Positions 36,409 to 45,378 of a DNA stretch of 64,000 nt are shown in pieces. The notes beneath the pieces were generated by a model. It was given only the letters and a program-made list of their open reading frames with translations, was not told where the DNA came from and made no database searches. Location: the IMG/VR virus record IMGVR_UViG_3300027785_001786; one strand, written 5' to 3'. Position 1 is the first letter of the stretch; each line of letters begins with the position of its first letter. Position numbers and translations under genes: made by a program. The stretch is from an uncultured virus (IMG/VR IMGVR_UViG_3300027785_001786). Its lineage: Duplodnaviria > Heunggongvirae > Uroviricota > Caudoviricetes.

Positions 36409-37125
36409 ATGAGTAAACAAAGAGTGAAAAAACGTTTTCAATCAGAAGTTAACGTGTTAGATTTTCAACCATATCTTCCGCAGAAAAAGCAGAGAGTAAG
36501 TCTGTATGCGAGAAGTCCCAACCAGCAAACATACCTCCAAAAGTTACAAGATGAAACCAAAAGTATTGTCTTGGCTATTGGCCCAGCAGGCACGGGTAAA
36601 ACTATGCTAGCCGTGCAAAATGGTATCAAGCAGTTTCAAGAAGGTTTAGTTGATAAAATCATTGTTACAAGACCCGCCGTTAGTGTGGACGAAGATTTAG
36701 GATTTTTACCAGGAACGCTTAATGAAAAAATGGCACCTTGGACAAGACCTATATTTGACGTCCTAGGAGAGTATTATCAAACCAAAGACATCGCTAAGAT
36801 GTTAGAAGAAGGAGTGATAGAAATAAGTCCACTGGCATACATGCGTGGACGCACATTCAAGAATGCCTATATTATTGCAGATGAAATGCAAAATGCGACA
36901 ACTAATCAAATGAAAATGCTACTGACCCGATTGGGAGAAGGGTCTAAGATGGTAGTGACAGGAGATTTGGCGCAAGCAGATCGTGTCAATGATAATGGTT
37001 TAGTGAACTTTTGCGGCCTGTTGACCAGCAAAACACTAAAACATATTGACATCGTGCAATTTGATCACAAAGATATTGAACGTCACAATGCAGTCAAGGA
37101 GGTGTTATCGCTGTACGGTGATTAA
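36409..37125 (+). CDS. phoH: PhoH-like ATPase
   Basis: GPAGTGKT, TRPAV, GFLPG, YMRGRTF, DEMQN, TGDLAQ. Confidence 0.95.
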   Translation: MSKQRVKKRFQSEVNVLDFQPYLPQKKQRVSLYARSPNQQTYLQKLQDETKSIVLAIGPAGTGKTMLAVQNGIKQFQEGLVDKIIVTRPAVSVDEDLGFLPGTLNEKMAPWTRPIFDVLGEYYQTKDIAKMLEEGVIEISPLAYMRGRTFKNAYIIADEMQNATTNQMKMLLTRLGEGSKMVVTGDLAQADRVNDNGLVNFCGLLTSKTLKHIDIVQFDHKDIERHNAVKEVLSLYGD

Positions 37126-37134
37126 ATCAACGTC

Positions 37135-37166
37135 AAAAGGATAGGGGCGTTGTTGCCCCTATTTTT
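37135..37166. terminator. bidirectional terminator between convergent genes
   Basis: ATAGGGGC-gttgtt-GCCCCTAT flanked by A and T runs. Confidence 0.8.
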
Positions 37167-37611
37167 ATATCTGCGTTACTTGAATACCCGACTTTTTAAG
37201 AAACGTGACACCACTAGTATCCCTATAAGAGTTCCTATATAGAACACTGCCAATGCCACTTTGGTATATAAGTTTGGCACAGTCCAAACATGGAGCATGG
37301 GTAATAAACATAGTAGCACCCATACCAGATTCGTTAGACTTAGCAAGTTTAGCAATGGCATTAGTTTCAGCATGAAGTACCTCTGGTTTAGTTTTTAATC
37401 TAATTTCAACAACATTTTCATCAACGTCTAGCACATGTCCAACTTCATCTTCGCAGTTGTTGTCCCAACCTGCCGGCATACCGTTGTAGCCGATAGATAT
37501 TATTCTATCATCCTTAACCACAATAGCACCTACATGAAGTCTACGTGCCGAGCTTAATTCAGCAAAGCGTTCGGCCACATCCATATAGGCATCTATGAAC
37601 TTGTCTTTCAT
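37165..37611 (-). CDS. dCMP deaminase
   Basis: VGAIVV, IGYNG, HAETNA, PCLDC. Confidence 0.92.
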   Translation of the reverse strand: MKDKFIDAYMDVAERFAELSSARRLHVGAIVVKDDRIISIGYNGMPAGWDNNCEDEVGHVLDVDENVVEIRLKTKPEVLHAETNAIAKLAKSNESGMGATMFITHAPCLDCAKLIYQSGIGSVLYRNSYRDTSGVTFLKKSGIQVTQI

Positions 37612-38522
37612 ATATTAGTAAGTCTAACAAGAACCGATGCAAGATTAATTTCAGGATCCATCACAAGTGTATGGTCAACCATGCCTTGTTTGATAATGTG
37701 AATAGCCTTGAACTGACTTGCTTCTTCACCGAATATTTCAATGTTATCGTACAGCCATCGATAAATTTCACCCATGTCTTCTGGTCTAGCTTTGCTACAC
37801 AACATCTTACGTGCTTCGCTAATCTTACCTGCTTTGAACAATGCAACCATTTCAAACCTGTAATCCAAACTGCCTGCATCTTCTTTGTGCGGAGCGTGTA
37901 ACGCACCCTCGCTGGTATTTTGCTGTAGCATATTAATGCATTTACGCAAATCTGGATAGGTCGCACTGACATATAAATCTAGGGTTTCTAGATCAAACTC
38001 GATGTTTTCTTCTACTAGAATTGTTGCCGAACGAGCTGTAAATTCTGTTTGATCCAACTTGGTAAAGTGAAACTGCTGACAACGACTGTGCAATGCTGGC
38101 ACAACCATGTTGGGATTATTACAAGTAAGAATAAAACGGGCAAAGCTACTGTACTCTTCAACAATGCCTTTTAAGCTATCCTGTGCTTGCGGACTCAACC
38201 GATCTGCTTCGTCCAGCAATACTACCTTAAATGGGCCCCAGGCAATGCTACTGATAAACGGAACAATCTTGTTACGAATAAAATCAATACCAGTTTCGCG
38301 ACTTGCATTGACTTCTAGCACATCAGCTTCTTCAATGCCTATTTCATTAACCAGCATCTTGGCCATTGTTGTTTTGCCAATACCAGGCGGCCCGCTCAGT
38401 AGCAAGTGGGGAATTGATTTGTCTTTGATCCAACTTTCCACCTGACGTTTCTGTCCACCATCACGCCAGACATATCCGTCAATAGTGCTGGGACGATATT
38501 TTTCCACCCATAATTCAATCAT
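37608..38522 (-). CDS. clamp loader ATPase subunit (gp44/RFC-like)
   Basis: WVEKYRP, GPPGIGKTT, VNAS, LDEAD, SRC, DLRK. Confidence 0.92.
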   Translation of the reverse strand: MIELWVEKYRPSTIDGYVWRDGGQKRQVESWIKDKSIPHLLLSGPPGIGKTTMAKMLVNEIGIEEADVLEVNASRETGIDFIRNKIVPFISSIAWGPFKVVLLDEADRLSPQAQDSLKGIVEEYSSFARFILTCNNPNMVVPALHSRCQQFHFTKLDQTEFTARSATILVEENIEFDLETLDLYVSATYPDLRKCINMLQQNTSEGALHAPHKEDAGSLDYRFEMVALFKAGKISEARKMLCSKARPEDMGEIYRWLYDNIEIFGEEASQFKAIHIIKQGMVDHTLVMDPEINLASVLVRLTNI

Positions 38523-38743
38523 TGTATCACTGGCCTTTCAAATGTTTTAACTCTGTCTCTACTTGCTGAAATATTGTCAACAATCTGATTATATTCTTTT
38601 TCACTTAATGAACTTTTGTAAATGGTAAGAGATTGTGCCATCATAATTCCCGCAACTTCCATAGCACCATACTCACCACACAGTGTATCCACAAATGCTA
38701 AATTTTTAGAATATAATTCTTGTAATTGATCATCAGCAATCAT
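38519..38743 (-). CDS. hypothetical protein, paralog of 4991-5218
   Basis: VAGIMMAQSLTIYK..EYNQIVDNISASR. Confidence 0.75.
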   Translation of the reverse strand: MIADDQLQELYSKNLAFVDTLCGEYGAMEVAGIMMAQSLTIYKSSLSEKEYNQIVDNISASRDRVKTFERPVIQ

Positions 38744-38967
38744 ACTAATTCCTCTGCAATTCCTAGTAACTCTGCAACAATTAACAATGCCCCGGCAACT
38801 ACAAAATCACCAAAACATAATGCTAAACCTGCTAAAATGCGAAATCCACTTTTAATCATACTAACGCTAGTATGTGTAAAAATTTTGTTAGTTACTGTAG
38901 TTTTTCCTGCGTCTAAAACACTTTTTGCCTTTTTAATATCTTCTACTGCTTCGCCATGTGTACTCAT
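38740..38967 (-). CDS. small membrane protein
   Basis: KSGFRI...AELLGIAEELV; GGAG SD. Confidence 0.7.
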   Translation of the reverse strand: MSTHGEAVEDIKKAKSVLDAGKTTVTNKIFTHTSVSMIKSGFRILAGLALCFGDFVVAGALLIVAELLGIAEELV

Positions 38968-38987
38968 AATGTTCTCCAATAATGTTT

Positions 38988-39026
38988 ATTGTACAGGTGA
39001 AAACAGGGCTAGTCAATAGCCCTGTT
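38988..39026 (-). promoter_or_regulatory. terminator hairpin overlapping a sigma70 promoter
   Basis: AACAGGGCTA-TTGAC-TAGCCCTGTT hairpin; TTGACT-N17-TACAAT. Confidence 0.75.
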
Positions 39027-39042
39027 GCTCGAAATAATAAAA

Positions 39043-39444
39043 TTAATTTTCGAAAGATTTATTCACAAACGTGGATGGATCAACAGTGGCATGAGTAACT
39101 GACTCGTGTACACCGTGAATAATTTCGCTTGGTTTATCATCGGCAACCGCCAAAATAGCTTTGATATCAGCACGACGAATAATAGTTTGAGTACCATCTT
39201 CATGCTCGATGGTAATACCGCGAGACCAACGGCCATGTTCAAGTAAAATCCATTCACCTACTTTTACATCTTTTTGTTCAGCGCCAACGGCCCAAACTTT
39301 GCCCCAACGATTCTTAACGCCCTCGCTTTTGCCATCGTCACTGAGAATAACAATTCCACCTTTGGATTTTTGCTCTCCGAAATCCATATCTGAAATAAGG
39401 ACATTGTCACGTACAGGTATAAGTTTTCCTTTTACTACACTCAT
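39043..39444 (-). CDS. groES: GroES-like co-chaperonin
   Basis: LIPVRDNVLI, SKGGIVI, GKVWAVG, VKVGEWIL, ILAV. Confidence 0.85.
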   Translation of the reverse strand: MSVVKGKLIPVRDNVLISDMDFGEQKSKGGIVILSDDGKSEGVKNRWGKVWAVGAEQKDVKVGEWILLEHGRWSRGITIEHEDGTQTIIRRADIKAILAVADDKPSEIIHGVHESVTHATVDPSTFVNKSFEN

Positions 39445-39662
39445 ACGCCGCCTGTGGTATCATTTGCTTGTTGTTTCTCTGCTAGCAATTCTTCTCTAGT
39501 TTGAACAATTTTGCCACCGGGGCCTAATTTGTCACCTCGAGCATTAACACGCATATTGCCCACAGCAATAGTCATTTCGTTTTGGTTAATTAGTTTACCC
39601 ATATCAATTTCTTTACCTTGCATTGTACGATAAACTTTTTTTGGTTGTTCTTTCATTGCCAT
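39441..39662 (-). CDS. hypothetical protein
   Basis: RTMQGKEIDM...AVGNMRVNARGDKLGPGG; AGGAG SD. Confidence 0.75.
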   Translation of the reverse strand: MAMKEQPKKVYRTMQGKEIDMGKLINQNEMTIAVGNMRVNARGDKLGPGGKIVQTREELLAEKQQANDTTGGV

Positions 39663-39688
39663 ATTAATCTCCTGGATTATGATATTAC

Positions 39689-40198
39689 TTATCTCAAGAA
39701 TTCCTGCCAGTCTAAATTATATTTTATACTGTCAATTCTATGTACGCCTATTAAAAATAGCACGTAACTAGCCACACTACTGCCCCGACCAACACCCCAA
39801 ACGGTATTATTAGCTTGGCAAGTGTCTACAAAGTATTTTAACCACCGTAATAAATCTATCATATTGCGTTCTTTAAACGCGGCCAGTTCCTCAGTTACTC
39901 TAGAGTGTTGAGGATCCCACGGTGGTGTTTGTTTCCATATCCATGCTTCGATGTCCAGTGTTTTGTATTCATTGGGCATAAACCAATTGCTTTGGCAAGC
40001 TGAATCATAATCACTTACCTCAAAGTGAGTTTCGTAAGGTTCAAGAAATTTGAAACCAAGTTCAGTTTCTAATTGTTTGATAGACTCTGTTCGTTCAACA
40101 AGCATGGTGTCGTTGACATTGAATTGATGGCTTTGATACAAGGCATCAAATAGGTCTTGTTCTGAAAATATAGGATTGGAATACTTGTCTAGGCGCAT
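39689..40198 (-). CDS. stand-alone fragment of DNA polymerase III alpha (DnaE palm N-terminal part)
   Basis: RVTEEL...WGVGRGSSVASYVLFLIGVHRIDSIKYNLDWQEFL; stops before the PDxDxD motif. Confidence 0.8.
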   Translation of the reverse strand: MRLDKYSNPIFSEQDLFDALYQSHQFNVNDTMLVERTESIKQLETELGFKFLEPYETHFEVSDYDSACQSNWFMPNEYKTLDIEAWIWKQTPPWDPQHSRVTEELAAFKERNMIDLLRWLKYFVDTCQANNTVWGVGRGSSVASYVLFLIGVHRIDSIKYNLDWQEFLR

Positions 40199-40205
40199 AG
40201 CCTAT

Positions 40206-40234
40206 AGTTTAACTGAGTTTAATTAAACTGTCAA
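40206..40234 (-). promoter_or_regulatory. sigma70-type promoter giving a near-leaderless transcript
   Basis: TTGACA-N17-TAAACT, 7 nt before the ATG at 40198. Confidence 0.6.
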
Positions 40235-40433
40235 GGTTTTTATCTTTCATTTGTTCTTCGATTATTCGGCGATTTCGATCACTGAGTTCGATACGTAACT
40301 CGTCTAAGATATTGGCAATTTGTCTTTGAATATCTGGATTGCGTGTCATAAAATACTTTTTGGTAAGATCATTTATCTTATTGTGTATTTCTTGATCCTT
40401 CAATCCAGACAGTTCATTAACTAATGGATGCAT
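40209..40433 (-). CDS. small coiled-coil protein
   Basis: Coupled to the upstream structural gene. Confidence 0.7.
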   Translation of the reverse strand: MHPLVNELSGLKDQEIHNKINDLTKKYFMTRNPDIQRQIANILDELRIELSDRNRRIIEEQMKDKNLDSLIKLS

Positions 40434-41731
40434 TAGTTATATTCGCCAATATATCGCATGTACACGTTTGCGCCAGCATCACGTGTCCAGGCTTCGATAA
40501 CTTTTGGGTTATCACCGGTCAATGCGGTAATTGCAGTTGTCACCGATGTATTCGATCCACCACCAGTTGGATTAAATGAAACACTTGGAGGACTGGTGTA
40601 ACCGTCACCGTAGTTAGTAACAACTATTCCGCCAACTCCGAATCCCATTATCACTCGGGCGCCAAAACCAATACCAACAATTGGACTAGTAGAATAAGAT
40701 GTTGTGCCCAATGGCAATGGCAGGGTTCCGCCTGAGCTGACAATCAGGCCACCGATCGGGCCTGTCAATGTACCGTCACTGTAAGTAACTGTTACACCGG
40801 TAGCAGTTGCCTGTGCTGTTGCACTCATAGTAATTGTGCCGCCTGACTCACTGAATGAGTTTACTGTAGTCCCAACTGGAATACCTGCACCAGTAAGAGC
40901 TACACCAGCCGCAATGTTTCTAAAATCCGTTACGTTTGTCAAGTTGGCCTGCCCGTTAGTGGTATTAGCAAGTAATGTTAGATTCAATGCGCTGACTTGT
41001 AAAATAATTCCAGAATTTGCATTGATGATAATTTGATCGTTTAGTTTATAACTGTTACCAGAGTAACCGCCAACAATTGTGGCACTTACGCAAGTATAAG
41101 TAGCTGTTCCGGTTGCTTGTGTACCGTTTGTTTGCAAACCACCACCGCTGAATACCACAGTTGCCGCACTGGTATAACCTGAACCGGGACTGCCAACCAC
41201 TGCGGTAGCTAAACTTTCTCCACCAACTGTGATGCCTCTGGTGCTTGAACTATTTGGTAATGTTGGGAACGCCGTGTCATAACGTAGTGTACCTGCATTT
41301 TCTGTTGAAAAACTGGGAATACGAACAGCAGTTTGGTCGCTATAAAGCATCATACGCACAGCCGCATATTTGCCAGTGGTTGGCCAATTTTTAAATGTAA
41401 GTGTAGCGTTGGTAGCAAGTGTTACACTTTGCAATGGGCCATTGGTTAAACTAATATCAGTGTTGGTAACAATGGTACCTAAATCCAATGCCACGCCATA
41501 AAATGTTTTAATAACAGCATTTGATAACGTGTTCTGTCCAAAATCGTTAGCGGAATTTTTGAATGCCGCATTGTTTTGTAACGCAGTAATTTCTGTACTG
41601 GCTTGTCCTAAGCCAGTCTTAATTGTACCAAAGTTATCTCTAAAACCTTGGCTGTTGTTGTCCTGCCCTGCAACAGGGTATGTGGCATCTACTGAGCCAA
41701 AGTTGATTAAACTTGCGGTTGGGTTTGACAT
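40433..41731 (-). CDS. tail/baseplate structural protein
   Basis: YPVAGQDNNSQGFRDNF N-terminus, GSGYT repeats, Gly/Thr-rich. Confidence 0.65.
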   Translation of the reverse strand: MSNPTASLINFGSVDATYPVAGQDNNSQGFRDNFGTIKTGLGQASTEITALQNNAAFKNSANDFGQNTLSNAVIKTFYGVALDLGTIVTNTDISLTNGPLQSVTLATNATLTFKNWPTTGKYAAVRMMLYSDQTAVRIPSFSTENAGTLRYDTAFPTLPNSSSTRGITVGGESLATAVVGSPGSGYTSAATVVFSGGGLQTNGTQATGTATYTCVSATIVGGYSGNSYKLNDQIIINANSGIILQVSALNLTLLANTTNGQANLTNVTDFRNIAAGVALTGAGIPVGTTVNSFSESGGTITMSATAQATATGVTVTYSDGTLTGPIGGLIVSSGGTLPLPLGTTSYSTSPIVGIGFGARVIMGFGVGGIVVTNYGDGYTSPPSVSFNPTGGGSNTSVTTAITALTGDNPKVIEAWTRDAGANVYMRYIGEYN

Positions 41732-41769
41732 ACTTTCATCCTATATATTTACTGTGTATTTATCGTTCG

Positions 41770-44283
41770 TTACACTATGCTACTGTGATTTTTAAACACT
41801 AGATATTTATCGTTAGAATATCCAGTGACTGAATCTATGATATAGCGATCTGCGGTATAATCCAGCAATTTGAAGTCAAAACCGCTATATTTGATATTAA
41901 TAATAATATCATCTGCTTTTCCTGGCAAACAATAGCACAGGGGCACAGCAAGTTTAAACCCCAACTGCAACTTTTCACCAGGCTGTATACTGCGCATCCA
42001 TAAGGGCAAGTAGTTTCTTTCAGTAGTTCCAGTGTCTGCCAAATTATTTCGCCAGTTGGATATGCTGTTAATATAGTGTTTTTTTGGCGCAGTATCTGAA
42101 ATATTGTATGCTGTGCTGTCTATAGTTATGTTATTGATTGGACGATCCAGCCAACTTTCTGCTAATTCCATAGCTGTTATTCCAGCAGGATCCACTGGAC
42201 TTGCCCAAATCTCGTTGCTTATATCTCCAGTCAATTTATACTGATCTCGTGCATTGTTAGTAATTGTTTGGCCAGGAGCGATACCATTAATTTCTAAAGG
42301 ATCTATCATTTCAATATAAACAATTTCGTATGTTATTGCGCTGTCTTTAATAGCAACTGCTTTTTTAATGGATCCAAATTGAAAACGTTTACGTTTGTTA
42401 TTCAGTCCCATTGCACCCAAAAATTTAGCGGCCTCGCTAGTTTCTATTCCAGAATAGATTAACATTCCTAAATCTCTTTTGACTCCAAAATTTGAATCTC
42501 CCGGACGGAAAATACTTGTGCTGGTGAATATATCAGTGTCTGTGATAAACTGCTTAAACACAGTTCTTTGCGGAATACTTAATAAAGGCTGAGTTCGAAT
42601 ATTACTGTATAATTTTTGATTTGGTGTAGTAACTTTAATAAAAAATTCTTTTGTACTGTCTGCAAATCCATACTGATCTTTAACCAACACAGTAAACTTA
42701 TATGATCTGTCAAAAGTAGTTGTGCCGCTGTCTATGCTAAACAAACTATTTTGTGAATCAAACAATATTAATCCACGTACACCAATGATATCATATTGAT
42801 GGCCCTTGTCAATTGTTGTAAACCTGTTGTCCAAGGTTAATGCGTCGTTGTCTATAGAAATTTCTCTACTGATGTTTGCAACACCAAATTGATTAACTTT
42901 GCCAGTGATTTCGCCATCGCTGGATAATATCAAACCTGGAGGTAAACTTCCAGAACTAATGGTATAAATTAAATTTGAATTTAAACTTGAACTGGCTGAT
43001 ACTGAAAGATCCGATACAAAATTAGCAGATATTTCTCCAAGATTGTACGGACTGTTCCAAGTGATATTATTATCAATCTCTCCAATCACACGTATTGTAA
43101 ATGTTCTACTTGTTACTGCGGGCTGTACATCTTCTCCGGTACGGGATGCAGTAACAGTAAACGTATAAGATTTAGCAATGGATGTTTGGAATGGAATACG
43201 TCCTGCAATATACACAGTGGAGTCAACGGGGTTGAATGTTAAACCCGGAGGCAAATTGTTTACATTGTTTATTGTAAAGACGATAGGAAAACTATCAACA
43301 ATTTCTAAACATTCAAGAGCAAACATAACGTAATTATCTGCTCTACAAACGCCAAGATTGCTGTTAGTTAACCAAATGGGTTCTTGTAAGAATGTGACGT
43401 CTGCGGTAAACAGTTCTGAATCGTCTGTAATTTGTGTATAGTCAGCATGAAAGCTGTCTTCACCTATTACAAAAATTGCAAATTTTCGTTTGACAATAAC
43501 ACTGCCAGTCGAAACGCTTACTAAAAATTCATAAGTTTGATTTAAATTTCTAGGAGTTCTTGTGGGAGTGCTGTAATCAAAATCAGTTGTGTCAAAAATA
43601 TAGCTGTCATATCCGCTGGTACTTCTTAAACCAAAGTCAAAATATGATGTGTCATAAAAGCTGTTATCATAAGTGCCGTCTCCAGATGTTCTAACATCCA
43701 CATTGGCCACAGTTTCGACCAAGCCAGTAAGTTTGCCATTGGGCAATAGTGTTACGCCCGGCGGCAACTTTCCGTCTCCTGAAGATATAAAATAAGTTAA
43801 GGCTTCTCCATCTGGATCAAATGCACTCAATTGATAATCAATTACTGATTTTCCTACAGCGAATTTTTGACCGTATCGCCCAACTGGCAACAAGCCTGCT
43901 GGAGTAACTATAGTGGGAAGTTGTCCGCCATTGACTATTATATTAAATGTTCTGTCGGAAATATCAGTACCCAACTGCGCACGTACACAAAATATAAATG
44001 TAGTAGTTCTAGCAACATTATAAGGATTGCCTGCAATAAACGCCCCGTTGACTTTTAAACCTTCTGGTAATTTTCCTGAAATCAGTCTAAAGGTAATACC
44101 AGTTAAATTTCCTGTAGTTGGCAGAGGTATATTTACAACCACACGTTCTTGGAATGTTCCTGTGTCAAATGTAGTGGTTCGGCCGTCGAAGGATGTTCTT
44201 GCAGTGTCTAACGCAAGATTTCCAGTAAGTCCTGAAATACCAGGTAACGTGTATCCAGAGGGTTTTGTCCAAACATTAAGCAT
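41770..44283 (-). CDS. baseplate wedge-like protein with Ig-like (LPPGL) repeats
   Basis: Four LP[PE]G[LV] putative Ig modules; C-terminal YLPLWMRSIQ...PLCYC.PG...DRYII. Confidence 0.65.
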   Translation of the reverse strand: MLNVWTKPSGYTLPGISGLTGNLALDTARTSFDGRTTTFDTGTFQERVVVNIPLPTTGNLTGITFRLISGKLPEGLKVNGAFIAGNPYNVARTTTFIFCVRAQLGTDISDRTFNIIVNGGQLPTIVTPAGLLPVGRYGQKFAVGKSVIDYQLSAFDPDGEALTYFISSGDGKLPPGVTLLPNGKLTGLVETVANVDVRTSGDGTYDNSFYDTSYFDFGLRSTSGYDSYIFDTTDFDYSTPTRTPRNLNQTYEFLVSVSTGSVIVKRKFAIFVIGEDSFHADYTQITDDSELFTADVTFLQEPIWLTNSNLGVCRADNYVMFALECLEIVDSFPIVFTINNVNNLPPGLTFNPVDSTVYIAGRIPFQTSIAKSYTFTVTASRTGEDVQPAVTSRTFTIRVIGEIDNNITWNSPYNLGEISANFVSDLSVSASSSLNSNLIYTISSGSLPPGLILSSDGEITGKVNQFGVANISREISIDNDALTLDNRFTTIDKGHQYDIIGVRGLILFDSQNSLFSIDSGTTTFDRSYKFTVLVKDQYGFADSTKEFFIKVTTPNQKLYSNIRTQPLLSIPQRTVFKQFITDTDIFTSTSIFRPGDSNFGVKRDLGMLIYSGIETSEAAKFLGAMGLNNKRKRFQFGSIKKAVAIKDSAITYEIVYIEMIDPLEINGIAPGQTITNNARDQYKLTGDISNEIWASPVDPAGITAMELAESWLDRPINNITIDSTAYNISDTAPKKHYINSISNWRNNLADTGTTERNYLPLWMRSIQPGEKLQLGFKLAVPLCYCLPGKADDIIINIKYSGFDFKLLDYTADRYIIDSVTGYSNDKYLVFKNHSSIV

Positions 44284-44308
44284 TTTTTAATTCCGGCGAC
44301 TTAGACAA

Positions 44309-45097
44309 TTAAATTATGCCAAAGTCTAAATTATTATTAACCAACGGTCCTAGGCCTGGTGATGTGTAACCCATGTCCAGATCTATGGTGTTGTAATTTC
44401 CAATGATAACTCCCATGTCAATATTAAAACTGTTTGTTTGAACCATCATGCTAAAAATAGCGTCCATGACATCAACACGAATACCATAAACTGTGGTTTG
44501 TACATCGCCAGTTCCTACGGTATCAATTAATCTATAGCCATTGATATTTAAATCGCCGCCCAACACAGGTGCTGGGTCATTGACAACACCGGCTGAACTT
44601 TTTAAGTCAATTGTGTTTGTGCCTGGAATAATATTAATACTGTTATCGCTACTGGTTATACTTTTAAATTCTGCGGTGGTGTCGTTTTTATTTTTAAAAA
44701 CTCCAATGGTAGAACTAATGACTGTGCCGTCAGCAGTGCCATATACTCCGGGATCTGTGGGATAGCGTAATGTAATTTGTGTCTGCGAACTGGCAGTACA
44801 AATCCAGTGCCCATTATACAAGGGATTAGTATTGCCAGTTAGATAGAAATACTGATTGGTGACAGGTACCACACTTTGCTGGCTGATAATCAGTGTTACC
44901 AAATATGGACCAGTACCAGTTTTAGTTAAAAAACGGTTAACAACAATGGTGTTTACACCCAAGTTTGATGCTTGAGAAATTGGAATGTCAGTTCCAAGCA
45001 AACTGAAGTTTTCGTTAACTTTTTTAAATGCACCACGCAAGTCATCACCTGACCCATCGTTTGCATAGCTTCCTACATTAATTGTTTGAATTGGCAT
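44309..45097 (-). CDS. baseplate/tail fibre-associated protein
   Basis: INVGSYANDGSGDDLRGAFKKVNENF N-terminus; PVLGGDLNING. Confidence 0.7.
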   Translation of the reverse strand: MPIQTINVGSYANDGSGDDLRGAFKKVNENFSLLGTDIPISQASNLGVNTIVVNRFLTKTGTGPYLVTLIISQQSVVPVTNQYFYLTGNTNPLYNGHWICTASSQTQITLRYPTDPGVYGTADGTVISSTIGVFKNKNDTTAEFKSITSSDNSINIIPGTNTIDLKSSAGVVNDPAPVLGGDLNINGYRLIDTVGTGDVQTTVYGIRVDVMDAIFSMMVQTNSFNIDMGVIIGNYNTIDLDMGYTSPGLGPLVNNNLDFGII

Positions 45098-45129
45098 GTT
45101 TGCGCTCTCTTTAGTATATTTACCGTATT

Positions 45130-45378
45130 TTAATAACTGCCGGTCAACGCCGCACGTTTCCAAGTGTCAGTTGCTGTGCAGATATAGATATAGTTAGCAT
45201 CCCAAGTGATTTGCCCAGCAGTACCGGTAGCAGTGGCCGTTTTGGTTCCGTTAGGAACAGTGCCTAATGCTGTATACAATTCGGTAAAGTTTGCATTTAC
45301 TTTTGTAAAAGCCGTGCGCAACGGGTCACCGTTCTTGGCATTGGCCGCAGTGCCAGTGTTAATTACTTGTTTAGCCAT
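45130..45378 (-). CDS. minimal fibre-attachment-domain protein
   Basis: INTGTAANAKNGDPLRTAFTKVNANFTELY plus WDANYIYIC. Confidence 0.7.
   Translation of the reverse strand: MAKQVINTGTAANAKNGDPLRTAFTKVNANFTELYTALGTVPNGTKTATATGTAGQITWDANYIYICTATDTWKRAALTGSY

Noticed and set aside
37608..38522. RFC plus PolB as evidence of an archaeal or eukaryotic-virus origin
   Set aside because: T4-like phages encode both. Spanins, a GH19 endolysin, SD sequences and sigma70 promoters indicate a bacteriophage.
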